Origin: Candidatus Latescibacterota bacterium
Lineage (GTDB): Bacteria > Latescibacterota > UBA2968 > UBA8231
Direction: 5' to 3'
Assembly: GCA_965208105.1 (NCBI GenBank)
Contig: OZ242318.1
Span: forward strand, 2,592,001 to 2,656,000
DNA: 64,000 nucleotides
Both the position numbers and the translations under genes were made by a program. Of the stretch, positions 1 through 11,179 are shown one piece after another (within the stretch, counting starts at the first letter, position 1; each line of letters starts with the position of its first letter). The notes below the pieces were generated by a model that saw only the letters and a list, made by a program, of their open reading frames with translations, ran no database searches and was not told the origin of the DNA.

Positions 1-375
1 TGCAACCAGATTGCCGTGGCGGTGAACAACATGGGCATGGCGGAGGCACTCATGCTGGCTGCAGCCTCGGACCTGGATGTCGCCAAGGTCGTGGACGCCA
101 TCAGCGGCGGCGCCGCGGGTTCCTGGCAGCTGAGCAACCTGGGGCATCGGATACTGGCAGGTGATTTCGCCCCGGGTTTCATGGTGAGGCTGCAGCAGAA
201 AGACCTGAAGCTGGTGGTGGGGGCCGCCAACGACGTGCAACTGGCCCTGCCGGGGGTGAGTATGGCGCACCAGTTTTTCAATATCGTCGAACGCGCCGGG
301 TGCGGGGATGAGGGCACTCAGGCTCTGATCAAGGCCTACGAGCTCCAGGCCAACCGCCAGGCCCGCTCCGGTTGA
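1..375 (+). CDS. NAD-dependent beta-hydroxyacid dehydrogenase (3-hydroxyisobutyrate dehydrogenase / tartronate semialdehyde reductase family), C-terminal part; 5' end lies outside the window
   Basis: Frame is open from base 1 (CNQIAVAVNNMGMAEA...GGAAGSWQL...GDFAPGF...KDL), typical of the C-terminal domain of this family. Confidence 0.85.
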   Translation, partial: CNQIAVAVNNMGMAEALMLAAASDLDVAKVVDAISGGAAGSWQLSNLGHRILAGDFAPGFMVRLQQKDLKLVVGAANDVQLALPGVSMAHQFFNIVERAGCGDEGTQALIKAYELQANRQARSG

Positions 376-405
376 ACGGCACCGTCTCCCCGGGAATGAG
401 ACCTC

Positions 406-1197
406 GTGAAGCACGGGTTTAAAAAGGTCGGAATTCTCCTGCGCGACCAGCAGCAGGCCTTTCCCCTGGGCGAGCTCCAGGGGGCTTTTGCAGAGCAGGG
501 CATCGGCGTTGTCCTCCTCGACGGCGCAGGCCAACCCCCCCCGGTGGACCTCGTGATGGCGATGGGGGGCGACGGCACCGTCCTGCGCGCCCTCGCCCGC
601 TTTCCCCGGTGCCCGGTGCTGGCGGTCAATTTCGGCAAGGTCGGCTTTCTCACCGCCGACGACCAGAAGAACCTCGAGCGCATCATCCAACGGCTGATGA
701 AAGGCAAGTTTCTGATGAGCGAGCGCCTGGCGCTCAACTGCGAGTACCCGGGCGGCGCGGCGCGGGCCATCAACGAGGTGGAAGTGCGCACCATACACCG
801 CCTGGTCTTCCTGGACGTCTTCGTCGACGACACCAAGATCCGCACCATCGTCGGGGACGGAGTGGTTGTGGGTACGCCAACGGGGAGCACGGGGTTCCTG
901 CTGTCCACCGGCGGACCCATCGTAATGCCGGACGTGCGCTGCATGATTCTCGACGGAATCAACGAGTATACCTTTTCTTCGCGCGCCCTGATTCTGAATC
1001 CGGGTTCGCGGGTGCGCCTCCATATCAACGAGGAAACCCGAGCACCTCAGGTCTACCTGATCGTCGACGGCCAGCGGCTGTGCCGCCTCGAGCCGGGACA
1101 GGAGGTGCACATCGACCAGTCCCAGGACACGGCCAAGCTGATCTATTTCAAGAAGAACTACTTCTTTCGCAATCTTTCCTCCAAGCTTTCCTGGTGA
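406..1197 (+). CDS. nadK: NAD(+) kinase
   Basis: GGDGT motif, N-x-G-x-x-GFL, AINE, GDG...TPTGSTG..LS.GGP signatures. Confidence 0.92.
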   Translation: MKHGFKKVGILLRDQQQAFPLGELQGAFAEQGIGVVLLDGAGQPPPVDLVMAMGGDGTVLRALARFPRCPVLAVNFGKVGFLTADDQKNLERIIQRLMKGKFLMSERLALNCEYPGGAARAINEVEVRTIHRLVFLDVFVDDTKIRTIVGDGVVVGTPTGSTGFLLSTGGPIVMPDVRCMILDGINEYTFSSRALILNPGSRVRLHINEETRAPQVYLIVDGQRLCRLEPGQEVHIDQSQDTAKLIYFKKNYFFRNLSSKLSW

Positions 1198-1200
1198 GCC

Positions 1201-1827
1201 ATGAAAATCGTCGTGACCGGAGCGGACCGGGCGCTGGGCAGCCTTCTCTGCCACCGTCTCACCCGGTGCGAGGTTGTTCCCGTGGGAGCGTCGGCAGAGT
1301 CGGACCTGAAAGGGTACCGCCGGGTGGACCTGTTCGCCCCCGGTGAGGTGAAATCGGTGCTTGATGGATCCGATGCCGTGGTCCATGCCCTGCCCTTCGA
1401 CCTCGGCGTGGACACCGCCGGAGCGCCGGGGGAAGGAGAATTGCTGGACCTGGCCGCCCGCGGGACCTACGTGCTGGCGACCACGGCCATTCAGGTCGGG
1501 ATTGAACGCCTTGTCCTGCTCAGCAGGATGGATTTGATGGAGGACTATCCCGAAGAGTTCCTGGTGAATCCGGACTGGAAGCCCCTGCCCCGTGCCGAGG
1601 CCGGGTCCCTGGGTCCTTACATGGCCGAGCTGGTCTGCCGCGAGATTGCACGCACCGGCAAGATCGAGGTGGCGTGTCTGCGGCTGGGAGCGCTGGACGC
1701 AGAGGAGGGTACCTCGGGCCCGGATGCGGTTGATGCGGTCAGAGACGCGTTGGAGGGCGTGGGGGAGACCGTGGGATATAACTGGGACCTGCGCCACGTG
1801 GTTTCGAGAGGTCGGTTTGCGCGGTGA
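1201..1827 (+). CDS. NAD-dependent epimerase/dehydratase-like (atypical SDR) protein
   Basis: N-terminal MKIVVTGA Rossmann strand and CLRLG; Gly-rich and YxxxK motifs are degenerate. Confidence 0.6.
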   Translation: MKIVVTGADRALGSLLCHRLTRCEVVPVGASAESDLKGYRRVDLFAPGEVKSVLDGSDAVVHALPFDLGVDTAGAPGEGELLDLAARGTYVLATTAIQVGIERLVLLSRMDLMEDYPEEFLVNPDWKPLPRAEAGSLGPYMAELVCREIARTGKIEVACLRLGALDAEEGTSGPDAVDAVRDALEGVGETVGYNWDLRHVVSRGRFAR

Positions 1828-1884
1828 ACAGCCCTGTGCGGACCCGTCTCCCCGCGCTCCGTGGACGGCGGGAGGGAGGTAATC

Positions 1885-2688
1885 ATGGCAACCGTTCGTG
1901 AAGGGAAGGTGGTCATCTTCGGCGCGGGAGGGCCTGTGGGGGCAATGGCCGTCCGCTTCCTGAAGGACCAGTACACCCTGCGGGTGACCGACTTGCGCCC
2001 CCTCGAGGAGATCGTCGGCGGAGAGCAGCGCCAGGGTCCCCGGGCTCCGGTTCTGGAATTTCCCGGGGCGCCGCACGAGACCAGAACAGTCGACATCACC
2101 CGCTACGATCAGGTCCTCGACGCGTGCAGGGGAATGGATGCCGTCATCAACACCAGCGTCCTGCGCCAAGACCCGGTCCTGTCATTCCAGGTCAGCATGG
2201 TTGGGGCCTACAATGTCGCCAAGGCCGCCGCCGCCTGCGGGGTGAAGCGGGTGATTCACACCGGACCATTTCACGTCCAGCTCTATCACAACGCGGACTT
2301 CTGGAACGACTTCGACGTCGGCGAGGTGCCTCTGCATCCGGGAGACGACATCTACGCCCTGACCAAGTATCTGGGGGGCGAGATCGTCCGCGTCTTCTCC
2401 GAGCGCCGCAATCTGGAGGTGCTGACTTTCCTCTACTGCCACTTCCGCCCCGGCAAGGTCGACGAAGACGAGAAGGGCAGTGGAGTGGGGCCTTTCACGG
2501 TTTCATGGGAGGACACGGGCAGGGCTTTCCTCTGCGGTTTGCGCGCGCCGGAGATGCCCAGCCCCTGCGAAGTGTTCCTGATCTGCGCTCCTCTGCCCCA
2601 CGGAAAATACCGGGCGGACAAGGCCAGGCTCCTGCTGGGCTGGGAAGCCCGCGACGTATTTGCCGATCTCTACCGCGGCACCAGTTGA
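1885..2688 (+). CDS. NAD-dependent epimerase/dehydratase family protein
   Basis: FGAGGPVG nucleotide-binding motif, YALTK catalytic motif, GGAGG RBS before the ATG at 1885. Confidence 0.8.
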   Translation: MATVREGKVVIFGAGGPVGAMAVRFLKDQYTLRVTDLRPLEEIVGGEQRQGPRAPVLEFPGAPHETRTVDITRYDQVLDACRGMDAVINTSVLRQDPVLSFQVSMVGAYNVAKAAAACGVKRVIHTGPFHVQLYHNADFWNDFDVGEVPLHPGDDIYALTKYLGGEIVRVFSERRNLEVLTFLYCHFRPGKVDEDEKGSGVGPFTVSWEDTGRAFLCGLRAPEMPSPCEVFLICAPLPHGKYRADKARLLLGWEARDVFADLYRGTS

Positions 2689-2717
2689 AATCCCACCTGT
2701 AAACGGAAGCGCCGCGC

Positions 2718-2778
2718 ACGGGCGCCGACGCGCTGAGTGCTTGCGGCGATGCCCTCGCGCCGGCGGATCAGCGCCCGT
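2718..2778. terminator. GC-rich hairpin between convergent genes (possible bidirectional terminator or REP-like element)
   Basis: ACGGGCGC (2718-2725) is a perfect inverted repeat of GCGCCCGT (2771-2778). Confidence 0.35.
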
Positions 2779-2784
2779 TTCCCA

Positions 2785-4299
2785 TCAAATGATACCTACC
2801 CTGTCACTGCTGCAATCCTCCAGCCTTTCCAGGGGAACCACCAGGTTGAGTTCGCCCACCTGAGCGGGACTGAGGCCGATCAGGCCGTCCACCAGGGTTA
2901 GAAACCGCTCCTGCTCGCCATCCTCCGTCAGACCCGCTGCGAGGGTGCGCAACTTGTCGACATAGTGGGAGCGCTGAAACGGCCGCGCACCGAGATAGTG
3001 AGCGTTGGGGTTGTCGAGGCGCTCGACGATCCGGGCGCCGCCCTCGAAATGGACCACCACCTCCGCTCCAAACTTCTTTCTTTGCGGATCCGGATCCAGG
3101 TATTCCCGGGTCCATGCCTCACTTTCCTCGGTGCGGATCTTGTGCCAGAGCCGGACCGTGGAAGCACGATGCGCGCGCTCGCGGCTATAGCTCGCCTCGT
3201 GGTGCCAACTCCCGTCTTCCCAGGCGACCGCCAGAATGTACATGGCGCTGTGGTCGAGGGTCTCGCGCGAAGCGTCCGGGTCCATCTTCTGCGGGTCGTC
3301 GGCACCTGTGCCGATGACGTTGTGAGTGTGGTGGCTGGTATGGACGACGACCTCCCTCACCCCCTCCAGGTCAAGCTGGCGCGCGTGCAGTTTGAACCCG
3401 ATGTCGATCAAGGCCTGGGCCTGGTACTCGGCGGAGTGCTCCTTGGTGTAGGAGCGCATGATGAGGCGTAGAGGCTCTCCCGCCTCCGGCAGGGGGACCC
3501 TGTACTCGGTCTCGGGACCGCCGAGCATGGTGGCGATTACGGCGTCGCCGCCTTCGTAGATGGGGGACGGTGCGCGCTCGCCCAGGCGCGCGCGGCCGAC
3601 GGCTTCGATGGCGGTCTTGCCGGTCTGGGCCGGTGCATAGGCCTTCCAGGAGGTGATATCGCCCTTGCGGGACTGGCGCGTCGCCGCGCCCAGGTGGACG
3701 CTCTGGTTTATGGCCTGGAAGATCTGCTCCACCGGCAGTCGGAGAAGAGTCCCCAGACCGGCCGCGACGGCGGGGGCGAGGTGGGCGACGTGGTCGATCT
3801 TGTGCTCGTGCAGGCAGATTCCGGTGACCAGGGCCATCTGGGTTTCGTATGCCGTCAGTATGCCCAGAACCAGGTCGCGGCCGCCGCAGCCGGCCTGTTG
3901 AGCCGCGGCCAGGAGGGCGGGAATGGTGTCGGCGGGGTGGGAGTAGTCGGCGGCAAGGTAGCAGTCGTGCATGTCGAGCTCGCGCACCGCAACGCCGTTG
4001 GCCAGGGCTGCCCACTCGCAGTGGAAGCTGCGATCGCTGCCCAGCCCCAGGAGACGGGCGCCTTCATTGCGGGGGTGTGGGTATCCCAGTGCGAGCAGGC
4101 GGGCGCGGCGAACGGGAACGCGGTTGATGGCGGCCATGGCCACGGCGGAGTTGTCGATGAGGCGGTTGCCGATCATCTCCACGGCGTCGGCGTCGGCGTC
4201 CCGGTTGCGCGCGGCCATGGAGGCGATCTTCCAGGCCAACTGCTCTTCCCTGGGCAGGACATTGCCCGCGGGATGGGTTCTGACCTTCGCAAGTGGCAT
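2785..4299 (-). CDS. prpD: MmgE/PrpD family protein (2-methylcitrate dehydratase-like)
   Basis: ANGVAVRELDMHD..LAADYSHPAD, HKIDHVAH, QSRKGDITSWKA, KEHSAEYQ, SRETLDHS motifs. Confidence 0.88.
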   Translation of the reverse strand: MPLAKVRTHPAGNVLPREEQLAWKIASMAARNRDADADAVEMIGNRLIDNSAVAMAAINRVPVRRARLLALGYPHPRNEGARLLGLGSDRSFHCEWAALANGVAVRELDMHDCYLAADYSHPADTIPALLAAAQQAGCGGRDLVLGILTAYETQMALVTGICLHEHKIDHVAHLAPAVAAGLGTLLRLPVEQIFQAINQSVHLGAATRQSRKGDITSWKAYAPAQTGKTAIEAVGRARLGERAPSPIYEGGDAVIATMLGGPETEYRVPLPEAGEPLRLIMRSYTKEHSAEYQAQALIDIGFKLHARQLDLEGVREVVVHTSHHTHNVIGTGADDPQKMDPDASRETLDHSAMYILAVAWEDGSWHHEASYSRERAHRASTVRLWHKIRTEESEAWTREYLDPDPQRKKFGAEVVVHFEGGARIVERLDNPNAHYLGARPFQRSHYVDKLRTLAAGLTEDGEQERFLTLVDGLIGLSPAQVGELNLVVPLERLEDCSSDRVGII

Positions 4300-4300
4300 C

Positions 4301-5089
4301 TCAGACCGAGTAGACTATGGACTGGTTGTAGGGAATGATCAGAGGCCGGGGGCCCCCGGCCGGCAGGTGGGCAGCCCACTCCAAAGGATCGTAATTGCGC
4401 TCGACGAAGCAGCCGTAGTGGGCGGGAACGGCGGCTCCGAGGCCGAGGGACGCGGCCATCTTGGCCGATCCGGGGAAGAAGGGGAATTCTCCTTCGCTCG
4501 GATGGGTGGTGAGCAGGCCGATGTGGGGCTCGAGGCGGCGGATGGGCTGGAGCAGGGACTCGTGTTCGGCAAAGGTATTGATCGGGTCTCCGGAGAGATA
4601 GAGGCGCACGCCGCCGCTGTCGATGACGTAACCCAGGTGGCGGACACCGGGTGCGGGGATCCCGTCCGCTGCAACTCCCCCGGGCGGCTTCGCCCACACC
4701 GCGTGCGCCTTCATGGATCCCAGATCGGCCTCGTCTCCCGCGGTCAGGACGGTGTAATCCACGGCAATGCCGGCTTTGCGCAACTCCCCGGCACTCTCCT
4801 CGGGGCCCACGCAGTGCACCCGGGGGAAGGCCGCCTGAATCCGCCCGATCGACTCCGGGAAGGTGTGATCGAGGTGGTTGTGGGTCAGCAGTATGTAGTC
4901 GGTGCGCAGGGTGGCTTCGTCCAGCGGCGGCCGCAAATGCACGAAGCGGCCGGCGGGGCGCTCCCTGGGAAAGTAGGGATCCACCTGGACTATGGTGCCG
5001 CGCGGAGACTTGAGGGCATAGCTGCTCTGTCCGAACCAGTGGATCCCGATGGCTTGCGGGGGAACGACGAGATCTTCGAAAGGATGCAT
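4301..5089 (-). CDS. MBL-fold metallo-hydrolase (UlaG-like)
   Basis: WFGQS, THNHLDH metal-binding motif, LSGD, VPAHY; start taken at MHPFEDL. Confidence 0.85.
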   Translation of the reverse strand: MHPFEDLVVPPQAIGIHWFGQSSYALKSPRGTIVQVDPYFPRERPAGRFVHLRPPLDEATLRTDYILLTHNHLDHTFPESIGRIQAAFPRVHCVGPEESAGELRKAGIAVDYTVLTAGDEADLGSMKAHAVWAKPPGGVAADGIPAPGVRHLGYVIDSGGVRLYLSGDPINTFAEHESLLQPIRRLEPHIGLLTTHPSEGEFPFFPGSAKMAASLGLGAAVPAHYGCFVERNYDPLEWAAHLPAGGPRPLIIPYNQSIVYSV

Positions 5090-5243
5090 GGCGTTTCTCT
5101 CCGGGCATTCCAGCCTTGTTGTCCGTGTGCTGCACTCCCCGTATATTCTTCCCGAATTAAGATAGTCTCTCTTCGGCCGCCGGACCAAGGAGAAAATCCG
5201 CGTCTCCCACATGGAATTTCAGGGGAATCGAGAAGCCGCAGAC

Positions 5244-6527
5244 ATGAGTACGATGACTCTTTTTGACAGCACCTACGAAAAGCGCAAGGGAGCTCTGCTG
5301 GAGCTGGTGCTGCAACGACTGCAGCCAATCTATTCCAGCGAGGAACTGGAGGCGCTGCAGATCGACCCCATCGACCCGGCCATACTGTCTCAGCGGTCGG
5401 GGCGCGGTTTCGTCAACCGCGATATTCTTGAGACGGTGCTGGGCAACCTGCTCGAGTGCGTGGCCCCGGGGTCGCACAACGCCCTGGACAGCCGATACCA
5501 GAAACGCGAAGTGGGCGCAGTCGTCGAGGAGATGGCCGACCAGCTCTATGCCATGATCGCCCAGTCCCTGCTGGCGGCAGGAGAGGAGAAGGCGGTGGAG
5601 GAAAGAGCATTGCTGGCCAGCTTTGCCTTGCTGTGGGAGATGCCGGTCCTGAAGGAGCGGGCGCGCTGGAACCGCTTCGCTTCGTTGAAAGACCCGGCGG
5701 TGTGGGACGCCTACCTGCTGCACCGCTGCGGAATGTCAGATTCAGAGCTGTCCGGTCTCGAGTTCGGCTCCCATATCGAAAGAGCCATCGAGGAGCGCGA
5801 TATCGATCTCTACCGCAGCTTCCTGGCGACCCTTGACTGCGAGTTCGTCTTCTCCTACCAGATGCAACTGGTCATGAGCACCTATCCCGGCTGGCGCGTG
5901 CTGTTCTACCACGACATCGCCCACGCCCTTACGCGCTCTGGCGAGGTGGAGGACAATCCCCGGCTCAGCTACACCCCCGTGCCCCTCCTGCCCCGTGCCA
6001 TCGCCGAGCTGGGCGGACGCTACTACCAGGCCGACCTCCATCCCGAGACCCGGATCGGAGACGCCAACTTTCTCGATCACCCGCACCGCGGCATCACCAC
6101 CGGGCAGACCGGGATCATCGGAAGGGGATGCCACCTGTTGCCCTGCACCATGGGCGGACTGAGCGAGAAGGTGCAGCAGCGCCATCCGGTCATAGGGGAC
6201 CATGTCTTCATCGGCACCGACGCCGGTCTCTTCGGCCCCGTGGTGATCGGCGACCGCTCGATAGTGGGACCGAATGCGGAGATGCGCGGCCTCGTGGAGG
6301 TGGGACCGGGGTGCCACATCGGCTCATCGGTGGTCATCGCCACGGTCAAAAGCGGGGACCGGACGCCGGGAAAGGTCCGCCTGGGAGCGGGGGTGGGCAT
6401 AGGCGACGGGACCATCGTCGAGAACTTTTCCGAACTCGACCTGGTCCTGCCGGAAAAAGGCGAGATCCCGGCCCGCAGCCACGTGACCAACGACGGATTC
6501 GGACACCCGCGACTCGTGCGCGAGTGA
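5244..6527 (+). CDS. Divergent serine O-acetyltransferase-like protein (hexapeptide left-handed beta-helix) with a long N-terminal extension
   Basis: TYPG..HDIAH..LPR..DLHP.TRIG..FLDH..QRHPVIGDHVFIG resembles CysE; C-terminal hexapeptide repeats. Confidence 0.6.
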   Translation: MSTMTLFDSTYEKRKGALLELVLQRLQPIYSSEELEALQIDPIDPAILSQRSGRGFVNRDILETVLGNLLECVAPGSHNALDSRYQKREVGAVVEEMADQLYAMIAQSLLAAGEEKAVEERALLASFALLWEMPVLKERARWNRFASLKDPAVWDAYLLHRCGMSDSELSGLEFGSHIERAIEERDIDLYRSFLATLDCEFVFSYQMQLVMSTYPGWRVLFYHDIAHALTRSGEVEDNPRLSYTPVPLLPRAIAELGGRYYQADLHPETRIGDANFLDHPHRGITTGQTGIIGRGCHLLPCTMGGLSEKVQQRHPVIGDHVFIGTDAGLFGPVVIGDRSIVGPNAEMRGLVEVGPGCHIGSSVVIATVKSGDRTPGKVRLGAGVGIGDGTIVENFSELDLVLPEKGEIPARSHVTNDGFGHPRLVRE

Positions 6528-6581
6528 AGGGTTGCCCCATCGGGAGGACGTGCCGAGACACCTCCCGCCTCGGGCTGTGCT

Positions 6582-7331
6582 TCACCCCTCCAGAAGGCCC
6601 CGGCTGGCAACCGTGGGGCACCAGAATTTTTCGATGTACTCCACCACCAGCCTGGTGCCTTCCGCGTGGCTGACGTATGGAGGCCGGGCCGGATTGTACA
6701 TGGCGTCGGTCAGGTCGCGCACCAGCGCTACCCGCTTCCCCCACCTCACCATCTGCTTGATGGCAAACGAGCGCTCCAGGACGCACATATTGGTGTGCAC
6801 CCCCATGATGAGGACATTCTCAGCCCCGCGCTCGGCCATGAAGCTGTATACCTGGCGCCCGTCGTCCGAGATTCCGTCGCGCTCCTGGTCGATGTAAATG
6901 CCCGGATGCTGCCGATGCCAGGCCTGGCGCCGCTCGTCCCCATCGGTATCCGAGCCATGGTCCGAGGCGTCCACGGGCAGCGGCGGATCAGGCCGCTCAG
7001 CTTCCGCCGGAGGCTCGGCCGCGGCCGCGTCCACCATGCGCCGGCGCGCCGGGGTCCCTTCGTAGAATCCCATGGTGGCCGAAGGAGCGTGGACCACGTG
7101 CACCCCGCGCCTCCTGAGGGATCGGGCCAGCAGGTCCATGCGCCCCGCCATTGCGTCCAGGCGGGCACTCGCCCCTCTGCTCCAATGCCTGTCCCAGACG
7201 TCGCAAAGCAGCAGGATGGTTGCATCGCATTGCCATTGCCGTCTTTCGATGACCGGGCGCCAGTAGTTGTGCCCGCCCTCGTCCCGATCGAGCACCTGTG
7301 ACCTCAGATTCAGAGTCAGCAGGTCGCCCAC
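6582..7331 (-). CDS. Isochorismatase-like cysteine hydrolase
   Basis: LLCDVWDRHW, HAPS, MGVHTNMCVL.RSFAI, RDLTDAMY motifs. Confidence 0.8.
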   Translation of the reverse strand: MGDLLTLNLRSQVLDRDEGGHNYWRPVIERRQWQCDATILLLCDVWDRHWSRGASARLDAMAGRMDLLARSLRRRGVHVVHAPSATMGFYEGTPARRRMVDAAAAEPPAEAERPDPPLPVDASDHGSDTDGDERRQAWHRQHPGIYIDQERDGISDDGRQVYSFMAERGAENVLIMGVHTNMCVLERSFAIKQMVRWGKRVALVRDLTDAMYNPARPPYVSHAEGTRLVVEYIEKFWCPTVASRGLLEG

Positions 7332-7357
7332 CGCTGGTCCCCGCTCAGGTCCCGCGC

Positions 7358-8668
7358 TCACGGTCGAGCCCTGCGGACATCCGGGGCGAAGCGGTGCAGT
7401 TGCCAGCGGTCCACCCACGTTCTGTCCAGGCGCAGGCGCAGGAGGACCTCGTCGTTGTGGAAGTCCTGTTCCAGTACTTCGCCCTTGGCCCGCAGCCGGG
7501 AAAGCAAGCGGCCCTCCTGTTGTGGAATCTTCAGATCCAGAGTGATTGAATTCCTCATCAGGATCTCTTCTATCTTCTCCTTCAGGGTGTCCATGCCGAA
7601 TCCAGTGAGAGCGGAAACGGCGACGGCCTCGTCGGAGCGCCTCGCCGAACCATGCAATGCTTCACCACCGTGCACCTGGTCGATTTTGTTGTAGACGAGG
7701 AGAGTTGAGTCCGCCTTGAACTGCAGGTCCCTGAGAACTTTTTCGACCGTTTCGACCTGGGAGGCGTAGTGCGGGTGGCTGAGGTCCACCACGTGGAGCA
7801 GGAGATCGGCCTCCGCCGCTTCCTCGAGGGTAGCCCGAAAGGAAGCGAAGAGGTGGTGCGGCAGGCGCCTGATGAAGCCGACGGTGTCGGTGAGGAGGAT
7901 CTTGGAACGATTCAACCGCACGGTGCGGGTGGTGGAGTCGAGGGTGGCGAAAAGCTGGTCCTGGACCAGCACCGCGGTTCCGGAAAGAGCGCGCATGAGG
8001 CTGGACTTGCCGGCGTTGGTATATCCGACCAGGGCGACCTTGAACTGGTCCCGGCGACTCTTGCGGCCGGTGGCCATCTGGGTTCCGATGCGGTCGAGCT
8101 TGGCCTTGAGGCTGCGGATGCGGTTGCGGATCATGCGCCGGTCGATCTCCAGCTGGGTCTCGCCGGGGCCGCGGACGCCCGCCGCGCCCATGCCGCGAAT
8201 GGCCCCACCTCCCGCCTGCCGCGAGAGGTGGGTCCACATCCGGGTCAGACGCGGCAGCAGGTAGGTGAGCTGGGCCAGCTCGACCTGAACCTGCGCCGTG
8301 TGGGTGCGCGCGTGGAGGGCGAATATGTCGAGGATCAGGCCGCTGCGGTCGAGGGTGCGCACGCCGGTGAGCTCTTCGATGTTGCGCATCTGAGCCGGGG
8401 ACAGGTCGTTGTCGAAAATGATCAGGTCGGCGCCGCAGCGGCGTGCCAGAGATTTGAGCTCGGACGCCTTGCCTCTGCCGATGTAGAATGCCGGATGGAT
8501 TTCCTCTCGGGACTGGATCACGCGCTCGCCTGGACGCAGGGTGGCGGTGGCGGCCAGGCGGGCAAGCTCATCGAGAGAATCCTGCGCTTCCCATAAGGGA
8601 ATGTGGGGCAGAGCCATTCCGACGAGCAGGGCGCATTGCCGTTGCCGGGAACCGGAATCTACCTCCAA
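7358..8668 (-). CDS. hflX: Ribosome-splitting GTPase HflX
   Basis: GPGETQLEIDRR, GYTNAGKSS (G1), LFATLD, DTVGF (G3), NKID (G4); TTG start after AAGGAG. The ORF-track extension to 9595 is antisense to lon. Confidence 0.95.
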   Translation of the reverse strand: MEVDSGSRQRQCALLVGMALPHIPLWEAQDSLDELARLAATATLRPGERVIQSREEIHPAFYIGRGKASELKSLARRCGADLIIFDNDLSPAQMRNIEELTGVRTLDRSGLILDIFALHARTHTAQVQVELAQLTYLLPRLTRMWTHLSRQAGGGAIRGMGAAGVRGPGETQLEIDRRMIRNRIRSLKAKLDRIGTQMATGRKSRRDQFKVALVGYTNAGKSSLMRALSGTAVLVQDQLFATLDSTTRTVRLNRSKILLTDTVGFIRRLPHHLFASFRATLEEAAEADLLLHVVDLSHPHYASQVETVEKVLRDLQFKADSTLLVYNKIDQVHGGEALHGSARRSDEAVAVSALTGFGMDTLKEKIEEILMRNSITLDLKIPQQEGRLLSRLRAKGEVLEQDFHNDEVLLRLRLDRTWVDRWQLHRFAPDVRRARP

Positions 8669-8776
8669 ATACCCTCTCCTTTGAGAGCGGAAACGCAGAG
8701 TGAAGACCTTTACGCGGACAATATTGCACCTATCTTTGCACCTGTCAAGAAAAACTCCTCCCAGGGAGAGCCCGGC

Positions 8777-11175
<2,399 letters not shown>

Positions 11176-11179
<4 letters not shown>

